64,000 bases of DNA from Candidatus Multivorans sp. (GTDB lineage Bacteria > Acidobacteriota > Thermoanaerobaculia > Multivoradales > Multivoraceae), in the NCBI GenBank assembly GCA_965247095.1, contig OZ251997.1, positions 702,517-766,516 of the forward strand. The letters are read 5' to 3'. The notes beneath the pieces were generated by a model. It had not been told where the DNA came from, ran no database searches, and saw nothing but the letters and a program-made list of their open reading frames with translations. The translations under genes were made by a program, and so were the position numbers. Of this stretch, positions 29,048 through 38,880 are shown one piece after another; the stretch's first letter is position 1; each line of letters starts with the position of its first letter.

Positions 29048-30235
29048 GTGACGGACGCGGCGGGGCTTTACGTCCACATCCCGTTTTGTTCGGCGATCTG
29101 CCCGTACTGTGACTTCGCGGTTGCTCGGGGTGGGGCGGGGGATCGGCGCCGGTTCGTCGCGGCCCTTTGCACGGAGATCGATTGCTGCAGTTCGGGCGGA
29201 AGCGATGGCGTGCGGTCCGAGGGGGGCTGGGCCTTCGAAGCGAGCCGGTTCGACACGGTCTACTTCGGCGGTGGCACGCCATCTGCGCTCAATCTCGAAC
29301 AGCTTGAGGCGATTCGGCGGCGACTCGAAACGGCGTTTGAAATCGACGCGGAGGCGGAGTGGACAATCGAGGCGAATCCGGAGGATGCCGCTACAGAGTC
29401 GCTCGCGGGTTGGCGAGAGCTTGGCTTCGATCGCATCAGCCTTGGTCTGCAGGCCCTGGACGACGAGGCGCTGCGGTTCCTCGGTCGCCGGCACGATGCG
29501 GCTGAGGCGAGAGCGAGTGTGGAACGGGCCCGTGCGGCCGGCTTCCGGTCGGTTTCAATCGACCTGATTTACTCGTTGCCCGGTTTCGACGCCGGCCGGT
29601 GGCGCAGGACGATTGAAGAGGCTGCGGTGCTTGGCCCGGACCACCTCTCCTGCTACGAGCTGACGATTCACGACGGGACGCCGTTCGGACGTCGGCGCGA
29701 CGCGGGCCGGCTGCACGAGACCGGCGAGGACGAGCGGGCCGCCAACTTCGTTGCCGCCCACCGCCTTCTCGAGGAACGCGGCTACGAGGGGTACGAGGTC
29801 TCGAGCTTCGCGCGCGACGAGGAGCACCGGAGCCGCCACAACGGCAAGTACTGGCGCCATGCGCCCTACCTGGGTCTGGGGCCGTCCGCGCACTCGTTCG
29901 CCGGCCGCAGCCGGTGGTGGAACGTCGCGCCGTGGAAGCGCTGGAGCGACGCCGTGGAGAGCGGTGAGGCACCCGTGGCCGGCCGGGAGGAACTGACCGA
30001 TGGGCAGTTGCTTCTGGAGACCGTGATGATGGGACTACGCCAGCGGTCCGGTATCGACTGCGAGACGATGGAACGGCGATTCGGAATCGCGCCGGAACGC
30101 GCCAACGCCGAGCAGATCGAAACCTGGCAGAAGGCAGGCTGGCTGCGGATCAGCGGGCGCCGCCTGCAACCGACGCTTGAGGGGATGGCGCGCGCCGACC
30201 GGCTGGCCGCGGAGTGGGAGTTGGGCGGGGCCTAG
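29048..30235 (+). CDS. hemW: radical SAM heme chaperone HemW (HemN-like, oxygen-independent coproporphyrinogen oxidase family)
   Basis: LYVHIPFCSAICPYCDF is the CxxxCxxC radical SAM motif. A GGGTPS motif and a HemN_C-like C-terminus are also present. Confidence 0.85.
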   Translation: MTDAAGLYVHIPFCSAICPYCDFAVARGGAGDRRRFVAALCTEIDCCSSGGSDGVRSEGGWAFEASRFDTVYFGGGTPSALNLEQLEAIRRRLETAFEIDAEAEWTIEANPEDAATESLAGWRELGFDRISLGLQALDDEALRFLGRRHDAAEARASVERARAAGFRSVSIDLIYSLPGFDAGRWRRTIEEAAVLGPDHLSCYELTIHDGTPFGRRRDAGRLHETGEDERAANFVAAHRLLEERGYEGYEVSSFARDEEHRSRHNGKYWRHAPYLGLGPSAHSFAGRSRWWNVAPWKRWSDAVESGEAPVAGREELTDGQLLLETVMMGLRQRSGIDCETMERRFGIAPERANAEQIETWQKAGWLRISGRRLQPTLEGMARADRLAAEWELGGA

Positions 30236-31875
30236 CGGAAGACCGACGCCTCAAGTTCCACGTCGGCGCTCTGCCACGCCTTGCGGAAGCGCTGTTCCGC
30301 TTCCTCCGCTTCCGCCTCCCGGCCCTGGTCGCTCAGGGCCTTCGCCAGGCCGAACAGAGACCAGCCGTTGTGCGGGTTGTGCTCGAGGTCCTGGCGGTAG
30401 GCGGCTTCGGCTTCCCGGGCGTGGCCGGCTTCGAGCAGTACGGCGCCGAGTGACTGCCGCACCGGATAGTGGAACGCTGGCGGCTCGGCGTAGCGGAGAC
30501 TGTCCTGGAGCGCCACTGCGGATCGCATTTCCTCGATCGCGCGCTCTGTGCGTCCCTTCGCGGCGTGGATCTCGCCCGCTACCAGGTGCTCGGTGAGGCG
30601 GACCAGGTCTCTTCCCTGGGCGAAGGAGATGCGGATGTCGGCCAGTTCGGGGTTGCGCCGCAACTTTCCGAGCGCCTTCAGGTGTCTCTTCGCAGCCTTG
30701 GCGTTTCCGGTGGCGGCCGCGGCAAGGCCTTGGGCGTAGCGCCACATCGCGGTCTGGAAGGTCTGTCCGGCCGGCGGTTGGGGAGTCTCCAGGATCTCCT
30801 GCCAGCGGCCGAAACGGATGCGGGCGAACAGCGGCGTGGCCAGGTAGTTCTGCAGGAAGGCGAGAGTGGAAGCCATCTCCGCTGGGACTTCCCCGGCCAG
30901 CGAGTCGGCGCTCTCGATGGCCAGCGCGGCACGGCCGCCGAAAGTTGCCGAGGCCCACAGGAAGTGGATGTTGTGGGGGTAGTAGGCGACGGGGTACAGG
31001 CCCTGGGCGCTGCACTGGGCGATGTAGTCGAGATCGGCGTCGATCGCGCGCTGGTTCGACGTCACCGCGTCGTCGTAGCGGCCCACCCGGATGTAAATGT
31101 GGGCGGGCATGTGGACCAGGTGCCCGGCGGAGGGCATGAGCGCGCCGAGTGCGTCGGCGCTGGGCTCGGCGAGGTGGGGTTTGCGGGCCTCCATCAGGTG
31201 GATGTAGTAGTGGTGCGCACCGGGGTGGCGGGGATGTTCGGCCATCACCCGCTCGAGCAGCTTCTTCGCTTCGGGCGTCCCGGGCTGCGGCTCGCCGCCG
31301 CGCCAGTAGTCCCAGGGCATCGTGTTCATGATCGCCGCGGCGTGGAGCGTCGAGGGCTCCGGATCGTCGGGGAAACGCTTCGCAACCGCGGCGATGGCCT
31401 CGACCCAGGCGGCGTCGAGGGAAGCGCGGTCGGCGCCTTCGTCGGTGGAGTAGCGGCTTGCGAGCGCTTCGATCAGGGCCTGTTCCCGCTGGCTGGCGTT
31501 GTCGCGCCGGTCTTGAGCCTGTTGCAGGCTCTCCAGGGCCTGGAGCTCGCGCTCGTGCGGCATCGAGTCGTTCAGGTTGCGGCCGAGGGCCAGGGCCTTG
31601 CCCCAGTGCGGCATCGCCGCCTCCGGGTCCAGGCGCGTCGCTTCCTCGAAGGCGCGCACGGCTTCGGCGTGGTTGAAGGCGTAGACGAGACGCAGCCCTT
31701 GGTCGAAGAAGCGCTGCGCCGCCTCCGACGAGGTCGTGATCGGGTAGTGGAGATCGCCGAGACCTTCGAGCATCGGCGCGAGGGGCTCGTCAGCCCCTTG
31801 GACAGGGGTCGCAGCCAGCGCCACGACGATCATCGGCACGAGCGAGAGACTTCGATGGAATCGACCGGTGAGCAT
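30232..31875 (-). CDS. secreted tetratricopeptide-repeat protein
   Basis: ATG 31875 gives a signal peptide (..MIVVALAATPVQGADE). Multiple TPR-like A/Y/L-rich helical repeats follow. Its stop overlaps the hemW stop (CTAG). Confidence 0.7.
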   Translation of the reverse strand: MLTGRFHRSLSLVPMIVVALAATPVQGADEPLAPMLEGLGDLHYPITTSSEAAQRFFDQGLRLVYAFNHAEAVRAFEEATRLDPEAAMPHWGKALALGRNLNDSMPHERELQALESLQQAQDRRDNASQREQALIEALASRYSTDEGADRASLDAAWVEAIAAVAKRFPDDPEPSTLHAAAIMNTMPWDYWRGGEPQPGTPEAKKLLERVMAEHPRHPGAHHYYIHLMEARKPHLAEPSADALGALMPSAGHLVHMPAHIYIRVGRYDDAVTSNQRAIDADLDYIAQCSAQGLYPVAYYPHNIHFLWASATFGGRAALAIESADSLAGEVPAEMASTLAFLQNYLATPLFARIRFGRWQEILETPQPPAGQTFQTAMWRYAQGLAAAATGNAKAAKRHLKALGKLRRNPELADIRISFAQGRDLVRLTEHLVAGEIHAAKGRTERAIEEMRSAVALQDSLRYAEPPAFHYPVRQSLGAVLLEAGHAREAEAAYRQDLEHNPHNGWSLFGLAKALSDQGREAEAEEAEQRFRKAWQSADVELEASVFR

Positions 31876-31930
31876 GGGGTCAGCGTAGCAGCCGAAGAGC
31901 CGGTTACGATCCGCGGTCAGGGGGACTGAA

Positions 31931-32992
31931 GTGGCTCGTATCGCAGTGCTCACCGGCGGGTCGACGCCCGAGCGGACCGTTGCCCTCGCCGGCGCGGCTC
32001 AGGTTGCGGCGGCGGTGCGCGGCCGAGGCCACGAGGTCACCGTGTATGACACGGTCGAGCCCACCGCGCTCGACCGGGAGCTGGAACAGCGTCGGCTGGG
32101 CCAGACAGTCGGTAGCAAGCCGCCGGCGCTTCAGGAGTTGCGGGCGCTGGCCGAGCAGGAGGATCTCGAGGCCCTGCTGGCGGAGGGCGGCCTTGCCGAT
32201 CACGACGCCGTGTTCCTGGTCCTGCATGGCCGCCAGGGAGAGGGCGGCGAAGTCCAGGGGCTGCTCGAGGAGGCCGGCGTTGCGTTCACAGGCAGCGCTG
32301 CTTCCGGTAGCGCATTGGCGATGGACAAGGATCGGAGCAAACAGCGATTCAAGGCCGCCCGCATTCCGACTCCCGACTGGGCTCTGTGGCCGGTACGCGT
32401 GGGTGAACTAGCGGCGCTCGGGCTGCCCCTGGTGGTCAAGCCGTCACGCGTCGGCTCGACGGTCGGTCTATCGGTGGTCCGCGAGACCGGGGAGCTGGAC
32501 TCGGCGGTGGGCCGTGCTTTGACCTTCGACAACCAGGTACTGCTGGAGCGTTTCGTTGGCGGTGGCGAGTACACCGTCGGCGTGCTGGAAGGGCGGGCGC
32601 TCGCGGTGGGTGAGATCGTGCCGCCGGGAGAGATCTTCGACTACCACAGCAAGTACACGCCAGGGCTGGCTCAGGAGTTGTTCCCGGCTCGGATCGACGA
32701 CCAACTCGCGGAGCGACTGCGCGATCTTGCGCTAGCTGCCCACGAGGCCCTGGGCCTGCGGGATTTCTCGCGCGTCGACCTCCGGCTGGACGCCGCGGGC
32801 GAGCCGTACTGCCTGGAGGTCAACACCCTTCCGGGGATGACCCAGACCAGCCTGCTGCCGCAGTCGGCCGCGGTGCTCGGGATCTCCTTCAATGAGCTCT
32901 GCGATCGGATGATCCGTCTGGCGCTCAGCCGGCCGCGGTCGCCGACCGGGGCCGGTTCAGGACGCCGTCGAGCCCCTGCCGCAGGTCGTTGA
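31931..32992 (+). CDS. ddl: D-alanine--D-alanine ligase
   Basis: IAVLTGGSTPERTVAL.., LHGRQGEGGEVQGLLE, the ATP-grasp motifs VVKPSRVGSTVG and RVDLRLD..PYCLEVNTLPGMT are present. The last ~20 codons overlap the convergent metB 3' end. Confidence 0.85.
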   Translation: MARIAVLTGGSTPERTVALAGAAQVAAAVRGRGHEVTVYDTVEPTALDRELEQRRLGQTVGSKPPALQELRALAEQEDLEALLAEGGLADHDAVFLVLHGRQGEGGEVQGLLEEAGVAFTGSAASGSALAMDKDRSKQRFKAARIPTPDWALWPVRVGELAALGLPLVVKPSRVGSTVGLSVVRETGELDSAVGRALTFDNQVLLERFVGGGEYTVGVLEGRALAVGEIVPPGEIFDYHSKYTPGLAQELFPARIDDQLAERLRDLALAAHEALGLRDFSRVDLRLDAAGEPYCLEVNTLPGMTQTSLLPQSAAVLGISFNELCDRMIRLALSRPRSPTGAGSGRRRAPAAGR

Positions 32993-34112
32993 CGAGGTCG
33001 TCCGCGCGCTCGATCCCGATCGAGAGTCTTAGAAGCTGGTCGCTGATGCCGGCCGCGGCCCGTGCTTCCGCCGACATGGAGGCGTGGGACATGGTGGTCG
33101 GGTGGGAGATCAGGCTCTCGACGCCGCCGAGGGATTCGGCGAGCGAGAGGCAGGTGAGGTTCGAGACCAGGTCGGCCACGTCCTCGGTCTCCCCGGCGAG
33201 TTCGAAGCTGACCATGGCGCCGAAACCGTCCTGCTGGCGCTTGGCGATCTCGTGGCCGGGATGATCGGTCAGGCTCGGGTGAAAGACCCGCTCCACGGCC
33301 GGATGTTCGGCGAGCATTTCGACCACGGCCAGCGCGTTTTCCTCGTGGCAACGTAGACGACTGTGCAATGTGCGCAGTCCGCGCAGCGTCAGGTAGCTGT
33401 CGAAGGGAGCTCCGGCCACGCCCATCATGTTCGCCCACTCCTCGAAGAACTCCTGGAGTTCGTTCGTGGCCGCGACGACCGCGCCGCCGATCACGTCGCT
33501 GTGGCCGTTCAGATACTTGGTCGTCGAGTGGATCACCGCATCGGCCCCCCACTCGATCGGCCGCTGGAGTGCGGGCGACATGAAGGTGTTGTCGGCGACG
33601 ACCAGCGCGCCGGCCCGTTTTGCGTGCCGGCAGACGGCTTCCAGATCGGTGATCCGAAGCAGCGGGTTGCTCGGCGTCTCGACCAGGACCAGCTTCGGGC
33701 GGGAAGCGAGAGCCGCCGCCATGGCCTTCGCGTCCGTCAGGTCGACGAACTCGACCTGGAGCAGGCCGCGCCGCTGGAGCTGGTCGAAGAGCCGGAACGT
33801 GCCGCCGTAGCAGTCGTGCGCGGCGACGACCCGGTCGCCCGGGTCGAGCAGTTGGCACACCAGAGTGACCGCGGCCATGCCGGAGGCGGTGACGACCGCG
33901 CCCTGGCCGCCCTCGGCCTCCGCGAGCGCCTCGGCGAGTGCGGAGCGCGTCGGGTTGCCGGAGCGCGTGTAGTCGTACGGCCGCTTGCCGTCCAGCCCGG
34001 TAAATGTGAAGTTGGCCGACAGGTGGAGCGGCGGAACGACCGCGCCGTGCTGCGTGTCGGTCGCGAGCGCCGCCCGCACGGCGCGGGTTGCCGGGTGGTG
34101 GTTCGAAGTCAT
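32925..34112 (-). CDS. metB: cystathionine gamma-synthase (Cys/Met-metabolism PLP enzyme)
   Basis: It is colinear with enterobacterial MetB as I recall it: YDYTRSGNPTR, DCYGGTFRLF, VETPSNPLLR, TTKYLNGHSDVIGG (PLP Lys), SLAESLGGVESLISHP. Confidence 0.8.
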   Translation of the reverse strand: MTSNHHPATRAVRAALATDTQHGAVVPPLHLSANFTFTGLDGKRPYDYTRSGNPTRSALAEALAEAEGGQGAVVTASGMAAVTLVCQLLDPGDRVVAAHDCYGGTFRLFDQLQRRGLLQVEFVDLTDAKAMAAALASRPKLVLVETPSNPLLRITDLEAVCRHAKRAGALVVADNTFMSPALQRPIEWGADAVIHSTTKYLNGHSDVIGGAVVAATNELQEFFEEWANMMGVAGAPFDSYLTLRGLRTLHSRLRCHEENALAVVEMLAEHPAVERVFHPSLTDHPGHEIAKRQQDGFGAMVSFELAGETEDVADLVSNLTCLSLAESLGGVESLISHPTTMSHASMSAEARAAAGISDQLLRLSIGIERADDLVNDLRQGLDGVLNRPRSATAAG

Positions 34113-34239
34113 GTGAGTCTCCGGCCGAGAAGGGGGTTGGTGGGTCTCGCAAGCGAGACGGATTCAACGCTCTCTCAAGAAGACTTCTACGGAGAGTGAA
34201 CCGGAGGAGGCGCCGAGTCCGCGGAGTGCGGCTCGTTGG

Positions 34240-34360
34240 CTCATCTCTCGGTAGCCCCAAAGGAGGGACTCCCGTAGGAGTTGGCACCTTCCCGAGGTTG
34301 CGAAGCCCCGGTGGTTGCCCCGGCTTCAACGGGCCCAATCCCTCGGCCGGTCTCGATGAG
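34240..34360 (-). promoter_or_regulatory. SAM-I (S-box) riboswitch in the metB leader
   Basis: The reverse strand reads CUCAUC-GAGA-CCGGCC-GAGGGA-UUGGGCCC-GUUGAA-GCCGG-GGCAACC-(P3 CCGGGG..CCUCGG)-GGUGCCAA-CUCC-(P4)-GAGA-GAUGAG. All hallmark S-box blocks are present and P1 closes CUCAUC/GAUGAG. It ends 127 nt upstream of the metB ATG. Confidence 0.85.
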
Positions 34361-34579
34361 TGCTCCGGCGACGGGAACCGCAACGGAGCGCCGGTGATGG
34401 TAGCAGATCGCCAATTGGGGCGTTGGCAAGGTCGGAGCAGGTGGCCTGCTATACTGCCGTCACCCGCGGACCGAACCACGGTCGACGTTGATTGAAGTGC
34501 AGCGCCGACCGTTCTCGCTTTTTTTGACTTGGTTGCCCGCACTTCCAGTTCCGGGAGTGCATTCACTAGGAGACTTGGG

Positions 34580-37500
34580 ATGAGGAACTTGGCTGATCGT
34601 ATCTTGGCGCACGCTCTCCCCGCGCTTGCTCTTGTCTTGTGTGCATCCGGCGCCTGGGCGCAGGCCACGGGCCAATTGAGCGGCTTCGTCACCAACAACG
34701 AGGGCGACGCCCTGCCGGGCGTCAGCGTCACGGTGACCAACGTCGCCACGAATCAGTCCCGACTGGCGATGACCGGCCAGGACGGGTACTTCGCGGCGCC
34801 GCTGCTGCCGCCGGGCGACTACAACGTCACGGCGGCGCTTGAGGGCTTCGTCCAGTTGAGCCAGGAAGGCGTCCGGGTCACCGCCGCCGAGAACGCCCGG
34901 ATCAGCATGGCGCTCTCGGTCGGCGAGTTCTCGGAGACGATGACGGTCACCGGCGAGACACCGCTGATCGAGACCTCGAACGCGACCTTGGGCATCGTCG
35001 TCGACGAGGTGAAGATCGTCCAGCTACCGCTCAACGGCCGGAACTTCACCCAGTTGGGCACCCTGATCCCAGGTGTGGTCGAGCCGCCGGCCCGCCTCGG
35101 CGGTGCGCGCGGCGACGCGGACGCCGGGATCAACGGGTTCGGCGCCGTCACCGCTGGCTTCAGCGTCAACGGCGTGCGCAGCCAGTCGAACAACTTCCTG
35201 CTCGACGGGGCCGCGAACAACGACACCTTCAACACCGGTTTCGTGGTGCGGCCGCCTCCCGATGCGATCGAGGAGTTCAAGATCCTGACCCACTCCTACA
35301 CGGCGGAGTTCGGCCGCAGCGCCGGCTCGATCGTCAACGTGGTGACCAAGTCGGGCGGCAACAGCCTCCAGGGCAGCGTGTGGGAGTTCAACCGCGACGA
35401 TTCGTTCGAGTCTCGGAACTACTTCTCGCCCCCGGATCAGGACAAGCCGACGTTGGCGCAGGACCAGTTCGGCGGCAGCATGGGCGGGCCGATGATCACG
35501 GACAGGCTGTTCGGCTTTGGCTACTACGAGGGATTCCGCAACACGCGCGGCACGACCCAGAACATCGCCGTCATGTCCCCCGCGCAGCGCATGGGGGACT
35601 TCTCCGGCGGCAACACGATCAATGATCCGATGACCGGCGATCCCTTCCCGGGCAACGTGATCCCGGCCGACCGGCTGAGCCCGATTGCGGTCAGGCTGAT
35701 CAACGACTTCATGCCGCTCGCGAACGTGGGCGGCCGGTACATCGTGTCGCCCGACGTGACCGACGACCGCGACCAGTTCGGGCTGCGGCTGGACTACCGG
35801 ATCGCGGACTCGCAGAACGTCCTGCTGCGTGTGCTCAGGAGCAACTCGGACCGCTTCGAGCCGCCCACGGTGCGGCCGACCGGCAACGCGGCGGCGGCGC
35901 AACTCGACGACTACATGCTGTCCCATACCGCCACGGCGGGGTCGAACGTCTTCAACCAGGTGCGGCTGCTGTCGAGCCGGATCGACGCGGAGCCGGTAGT
36001 CACCAGCGGCCTCACGAATTCCGAGTACGGCATCAACCTGCCGAACATCAACGAGTTGGCGATCGGTCTGCCGCAGTTCTCGATCTCGGGCTTCCCGAGC
36101 ATGGGCGATCGCAGCCAGCCCTTCGTCAAGCGGGAGAACGAGGTCGATCAGTTCACGGACGACCTCACGATCCTGCGCGGCCGCCACACGATCAAGACGG
36201 GCGTGGACGTGCGCAAGGAGAAGATGTTCATCGGCTTCATCAACCGGCCGAACGGCGACTTCACCTTCAACGGCCGCCACACCGGCAGCGCCGCGGCCGA
36301 CTTCCTGCTCGGGCTGCCCTCGCGGGTCCGCACCGCGGTGCCGGGCGCCGACTCGATCAACGAGGGCGATGGCTGGCTGTACTCCGGGTACCTCCAGGAC
36401 GAGATCCGGGTCACGCCGCGGATGACCCTGAATCTCGGCCTCAGGTACGAGTTGGCAACGCCCTTCGAGGACAGCGGCGATGGGCTGAACAGCTTCCGGC
36501 CCGGCCAGCAGTCCACGCGCTTCCCGGATGCCCCCACCGGCCTGGTCTACCCGGGCGACGCGGGGGTGCCGAAGGGAACGTACGACACGGACTCGAACAA
36601 CTTCGCGCCGCGGCTGGCGCTGGTCTGGGATCCCGAGGGCGAAGGCCGCTCGAGCGTCCGCGCCGGCTGGGGGCTGTTCTTCGACAGCCTGCCGGGCCAG
36701 GGCGACTTCTTCCAGAACTCGGTCCTGGCGCCGCCGTTCAACCCGCTGGTCCAGCTCGACGCGCCGCCCACGGTGGTGACCCTTGCGGACCCGCTCGCGA
36801 ACCTCGAAGGCGGCCCGACGAGTTTTCCGCCAGGGATCATCTTCATCGGCTGGGGCTCGGAGTTCACCACGCCGAACTACCAGCACTTCAACCTCACCTA
36901 TCAGCGCCAGCTCGGGCAGAACATCGGCCTCGAGGTGGGCTGGGTCGGGTCGCGGGGCCGGAACCTGCCGATCTTCATGGAGGTCAATCCGCGGGTGGTC
37001 GAGCCTGGCCAGACCACGCTCGGGCCGCGCACCTTCCGGGCTTTCAGCCTGGTGCGGCCGACCTTCACGGTGGCGAAGTCCTCGTACGACGCGTTGCAGG
37101 CGAGTGTGCGGATGCGGCCCACCCGCGGCCTCAACTTCCTCTTCTCGTACACCTACGGCCATGCGGAAGATCACGTCTCGGGGCTCAACATCGGCGGCGA
37201 GGAGCGGCCGATCGTTCCGGTCGACCTGGAGCGGCCGAGTTCGATCGACCGGGCGCTGGAGCGTGAGCGGGGCGATGCGCTGTTCGATGTCCGGCACCGG
37301 CTGGTGCTCAGCTTCGGCTACGACCTGCCGTCGCTCGAGAACAGCAGCGGCTTCGTGCGCGGACTGTTCGGCAACTGGCAGTTGAACGGCATCCTCCAGT
37401 CCCAGACCGGGTACCCGTTCCCGATCAGGGTGCGCGGCGACGACATCCGGGGTCTGACCTCGCGACCGGATCAGGTTTGCGACCCGAACCAGGGTGCGCC

Positions 37501-37819
37501 GAACACGGTCGACAAGTGGTTCAACACGGAGTGCTTCGTGCCGCTGAGCCTGGCCGAGACCGCCACGCGGCACGGCAACGCCCGCCGGAACACCATCCGC
37601 GGACCGGACTTCGAGCGCATCGACCTGTCGCTGATCAAGAACGTCCCGCTGGGCGGTGGAGACCGTTCGCTGCAGCTCCGGGTCGAGGCGTTCAACGTCT
37701 TCGACCGGGTCAACTTCGCCCAGCCGGGGAACCGGGTCGGAGACCGGGGCTACGGCGCCATTACGTCGACCAACGGTGACGGAAGGATCGTGCAGCTCGG
37801 GGTCAAGTACAACTTCTGA
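34580..37819 (+). CDS. TonB-dependent outer-membrane receptor with N-terminal carboxypeptidase-regulatory-like domain
   Basis: AGGAGA precedes ATG 34580. A signal peptide is followed by GFVTNNEGDALPGVSVTV.. (CarboxypepD_reg) and a plug region (..LPLNGRNFTQL..). The long beta-barrel ends ..VQLGVKYNF with terminal Phe. Confidence 0.85.
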   Translation: MRNLADRILAHALPALALVLCASGAWAQATGQLSGFVTNNEGDALPGVSVTVTNVATNQSRLAMTGQDGYFAAPLLPPGDYNVTAALEGFVQLSQEGVRVTAAENARISMALSVGEFSETMTVTGETPLIETSNATLGIVVDEVKIVQLPLNGRNFTQLGTLIPGVVEPPARLGGARGDADAGINGFGAVTAGFSVNGVRSQSNNFLLDGAANNDTFNTGFVVRPPPDAIEEFKILTHSYTAEFGRSAGSIVNVVTKSGGNSLQGSVWEFNRDDSFESRNYFSPPDQDKPTLAQDQFGGSMGGPMITDRLFGFGYYEGFRNTRGTTQNIAVMSPAQRMGDFSGGNTINDPMTGDPFPGNVIPADRLSPIAVRLINDFMPLANVGGRYIVSPDVTDDRDQFGLRLDYRIADSQNVLLRVLRSNSDRFEPPTVRPTGNAAAAQLDDYMLSHTATAGSNVFNQVRLLSSRIDAEPVVTSGLTNSEYGINLPNINELAIGLPQFSISGFPSMGDRSQPFVKRENEVDQFTDDLTILRGRHTIKTGVDVRKEKMFIGFINRPNGDFTFNGRHTGSAAADFLLGLPSRVRTAVPGADSINEGDGWLYSGYLQDEIRVTPRMTLNLGLRYELATPFEDSGDGLNSFRPGQQSTRFPDAPTGLVYPGDAGVPKGTYDTDSNNFAPRLALVWDPEGEGRSSVRAGWGLFFDSLPGQGDFFQNSVLAPPFNPLVQLDAPPTVVTLADPLANLEGGPTSFPPGIIFIGWGSEFTTPNYQHFNLTYQRQLGQNIGLEVGWVGSRGRNLPIFMEVNPRVVEPGQTTLGPRTFRAFSLVRPTFTVAKSSYDALQASVRMRPTRGLNFLFSYTYGHAEDHVSGLNIGGEERPIVPVDLERPSSIDRALERERGDALFDVRHRLVLSFGYDLPSLENSSGFVRGLFGNWQLNGILQSQTGYPFPIRVRGDDIRGLTSRPDQVCDPNQGAPNTVDKWFNTECFVPLSLAETATRHGNARRNTIRGPDFERIDLSLIKNVPLGGGDRSLQLRVEAFNVFDRVNFAQPGNRVGDRGYGAITSTNGDGRIVQLGVKYNF

Positions 37820-37831
37820 TCAGCCGGGGCT

Positions 37832-37866
37832 CTCGCCCGCATCCTGAAGCCCGGGGTGCGGGCGAC
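37832..37866. repeat. REP2-type inverted pair forming a hairpin between convergent genes (possible bidirectional terminator)
   Basis: CTCGCCCGCATCC-(9 nt)-GGGTGCGGGCGAC. The core TCGCCCGCAYCC matches the REP2 units at 58.6, 59.1 and 60.7 kb. Confidence 0.6.
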
Positions 37867-37876
37867 TCGCCGGCGC

Positions 37877-38161
37877 TCAGCCGGTCGGGTTCGCCTTGCC
37901 CTGGTGTACGAACCAGAGGTTGCGGGAGTAGACGAGTAGACCGAAGCTTTGGCCCGCGATGAAGACCGGATCGCGCCGCCACAGGGCGTAGCTTAGAAGC
38001 ACCAGGCCGCCGCCCAGACTCAGGTACCAGAAGACAGTCGGGACGACGCTCTGCCGGCGGCGCTCCGTGGCGATCCACTGGACGAGAAAGCGGGAGGCGA
38101 AGAGGGCCTGCCCGCCGAAGCCGATGGCTATCCAGAGGTTCTCGAGCGTGAGTGACGGCAT
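37877..38161 (-). CDS. lipid-A-disaccharide synthase N-terminal (LAB_N) domain membrane protein
   Basis: IGFGGQALFASRFLVQWIATERRRQSVVPTVFWYLSLGG..LLSYALWRRDPVFI.GQ..GLLVYSRNL matches the LAB_N family closely. Confidence 0.85.
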   Translation of the reverse strand: MPSLTLENLWIAIGFGGQALFASRFLVQWIATERRRQSVVPTVFWYLSLGGGLVLLSYALWRRDPVFIAGQSFGLLVYSRNLWFVHQGKANPTG

Positions 38162-38880
38162 GGTGGGCTCTCCAGGGGGTGGGCGGTGGCGGAAACGGCG
38201 CGCCGTCGGTACCAGGAGACGCCGAACAGGTCCAGGACGCCGCGCAGGAAGCGGCCGCGGATGTTGTACTTGCTCTTGCCGCGAGTGCGCGGACGGTGTC
38301 CAATCGGGATCTCAGCGTAGTTGCCGCCGTGCCTCAAGGCCAGCACTGGCAGGAAGCGGTGCAGGCCGTCGAAGGCGGGCAGGTCGTCGACGACGGCGGC
38401 GCGGTAGCCCTTGAGCGCGCAGCCGATGTCGGTGCAGGGGTCGCCGAGGACCAGTCGCCGGGCCCGGTTGGAGACCCGGCTCGCCAGTCGTCGCGGAAGT
38501 GTGTCGCGGCGCTTCGCCCGGATGCCCGATGCCACATCGTGGTCCTCAAGGAGAGCAACGATGGTCGGAATGTCGGCGGGGTCGTTCTGCAGATCGGCGT
38601 CCATGGTCACGATCAGAGGCGCGCGCGCGGCGCGTATCCCCACGAGCAGGGCCGCCGACTGGCCGGCGTGACGGTCGAGGCTGAAGATTCGCACCCTCGC
38701 ATCGCTCTCTGCCAGTGCAGCGAGTTCGTCGCGGCTGCCGTCCGTGCTCAGGTCGTCAACGAGGATCAACTCGTAGTCGAAGCCAGCGGCGACCATTGCG
38801 TCGGCTGTCTCTCCGGCCAGACGTTTCAAGTTACCCGCTTCGTTGAAGACGGGGGCGACGATTGAGAGCTGCGGCGTCAT
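38128..38880 (-). CDS. family-2 glycosyltransferase (polyprenyl-phosphate sugar transferase, ArnC/DPM1-like)
   Basis: LSIVAPVFNEAGNL, ELILVDDLSTDGS and VTMDADLQNDP (DxD) are present. It overlaps the downstream LAB_N gene by 34 nt, a common pairing. Confidence 0.85.
   Translation of the reverse strand: MTPQLSIVAPVFNEAGNLKRLAGETADAMVAAGFDYELILVDDLSTDGSRDELAALAESDARVRIFSLDRHAGQSAALLVGIRAARAPLIVTMDADLQNDPADIPTIVALLEDHDVASGIRAKRRDTLPRRLASRVSNRARRLVLGDPCTDIGCALKGYRAAVVDDLPAFDGLHRFLPVLALRHGGNYAEIPIGHRPRTRGKSKYNIRGRFLRGVLDLFGVSWYRRRAVSATAHPLESPPCRHSRSRTSG

Noticed and set aside
34363-34579. A search for a cobalamin or other riboswitch, or a clear promoter, upstream of the TonB-dependent receptor (a TATACT hexamer at ~34459 and a T7 run at ~34522).
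   Set aside because: No conserved aptamer blocks (for example a B12 box) were recognisable. The candidate -35 elements are at the wrong spacing (~21 nt). The T-run is not preceded by a stable hairpin.
35024-37573. An 849-aa ORF on the minus strand, antisense to the TonB-dependent receptor. Similar very long antisense ORFs occur at 26461-29031, 39170-41776, 32671-34749, 9169-10194 and 10360-11502.
   Set aside because: The translations are Arg/Pro/Gly/Ala-rich low-complexity with no recognisable motifs. They are exactly antisense to genes with strong family signatures. Stop-codon-poor antisense frames are expected in GC-rich DNA.
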